Shown here in pieces: positions 63,438-64,000 of a DNA stretch of 64,000 bases. Both the position numbers and the translations under genes were made by a program. Source of the DNA: an uncultured bacterium (GTDB lineage Bacteria; Omnitrophota; Gorgyraeia; Zapsychrales; Aceulaceae); assembly GCA_937930175.1 (NCBI GenBank), contig CALGLP010000013.1, forward strand, positions 267,764 through 331,763, in the 5' to 3' direction. The first letter of the stretch is position 1. The number at the start of each line of letters is the position of its first letter. The notes below the pieces were generated by a model that was given only the letters and a program-made list of their open reading frames with translations, had not been told where the DNA came from and ran no database searches.

Positions 63438-63881
63438 ATGGGACACACCGTCAATAGCATTATTATTAACGCACCGTACGAAAAAGTTTTTGACACCTCG
63501 AATCATATTGAGCGATGGACAGAACTTTTTGGCGGGGAATACGTCAAAGCCGATGTTTTAAGCCGTGTTGGCAATCGCATTGAGTTTCGCTTGACCAATA
63601 ACGAAGGCCAATCCTGGACATCGTTTCGTCTTTTATTCAAGGAGCACAAATTTGCGTATGCGCAAAAGAATGAGCCAACGTTTCCGTTTAGGTACATGAA
63701 AATTGTCTGGCTTTACACCGAAGTTGAAGGCGGGATCTTGATGACCTGGATCCAGGATTTTGAAGTCGACCCGAAAGCCAAGTTTACCGACGAGCAAGTG
63801 ATCAACGGTGTCAATGAGCACTCCCAACATAATTTAAAGATATTTAAGGCTGTTATTGAACAAGAGGCTCAAAATCGATAA
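63438..63881 (+). CDS. SRPBCC-superfamily protein (polyketide cyclase/dehydrase-like, Bet v1 fold)
   Basis: Size of about 147 aa and a pattern (IIINAPYEKVFD...W..F) typical of the Polyketide_cyc2 / aromatase-cyclase small proteins. Confidence 0.65.
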   Translation: MGHTVNSIIINAPYEKVFDTSNHIERWTELFGGEYVKADVLSRVGNRIEFRLTNNEGQSWTSFRLLFKEHKFAYAQKNEPTFPFRYMKIVWLYTEVEGGILMTWIQDFEVDPKAKFTDEQVINGVNEHSQHNLKIFKAVIEQEAQNR

Positions 63882-64000
63882 TCGCAAGTTCGTCCGCCTC
63901 AGCCAGAATGGCGCGGACAACTCAGCGCCTCGATCTTTCCTTAATTTTAAATTAGCGGAAACCGAGATCTCCCGATCCCTTCTAGAATTCATACTAAAGA

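Overview
This is a 64-kb bacterial chromosomal segment with a compact, almost unidirectional gene layout: every confident gene but one is on the + strand. GC content is moderate (estimated by eye at roughly 45%, not computed). The lineage cannot be determined from the sequence alone. The many four-helix-bundle genes of the 23S-IVS type, the giant secreted repeat proteins and the Flp-like pilin give it the flavour of an uncultivated lineage.

Housekeeping genes present:
- panB (5'-truncated at the window edge), glyQS, ppdK, a sigma-70 factor, apt, prmA, arfB
- moeA, moaC and an ApbE-family gene in a row
- glgP, thyA-folA, a REC-EAL response regulator, hldD
- tRNA-Arg(CCT)

Accessory and unusual content:
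1. A roughly 5-kb locus at 12.9-17.9 kb in which almost every gene is preceded by a copy of a ~100-nt intergenic element. The element is bounded by the inverted repeats CCCCGTTAGAGAA / TTCTCTAACGGGG, and its 3' arm overlaps the Shine-Dalgarno region of the downstream gene in at least two copies. The locus encodes a ParA/MinD ATPase fused to a CBM48 glycogen-binding domain, a Lys-rich partner-like protein, and a Flp-type prepilin fused to a 450-aa Cys-rich tandem-repeat domain.
2. Four secreted-protein genes at 32.7-47.3 kb: 1677 aa, 1763 aa, 654 aa, and a 639-aa FG-GAP/FN3 protein. Two of them share unusual N- and C-terminal modules; both end in ADQGKKK.
3. A 16.5-kb co-directional cluster at 47.4-63.9 kb:
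- an acyl-CoA ligase
- a methylthioadenosine / 5'-deoxyadenosine salvage-like module: a PNP-family enzyme, an MtnA-like isomerase plus a truncated paralog, a class II aldolase-SCP2 fusion, an aldehyde dehydrogenase and a B12-radical SAM enzyme
- a type II PKS-like core: KS, a CLF-like KS lacking all catalytic residues, ACP, a cyclase-family protein and an SRPBCC cyclase

Four four-helix-bundle protein genes (the family first described from 23S rRNA intervening sequences) sit inside inverted- or direct-repeat-flanked cassettes in intergenic spacers of this and other operons. Hairpin-forming repeats with no cargo (one of them related to the cassette arms) occupy neighbouring spacers.
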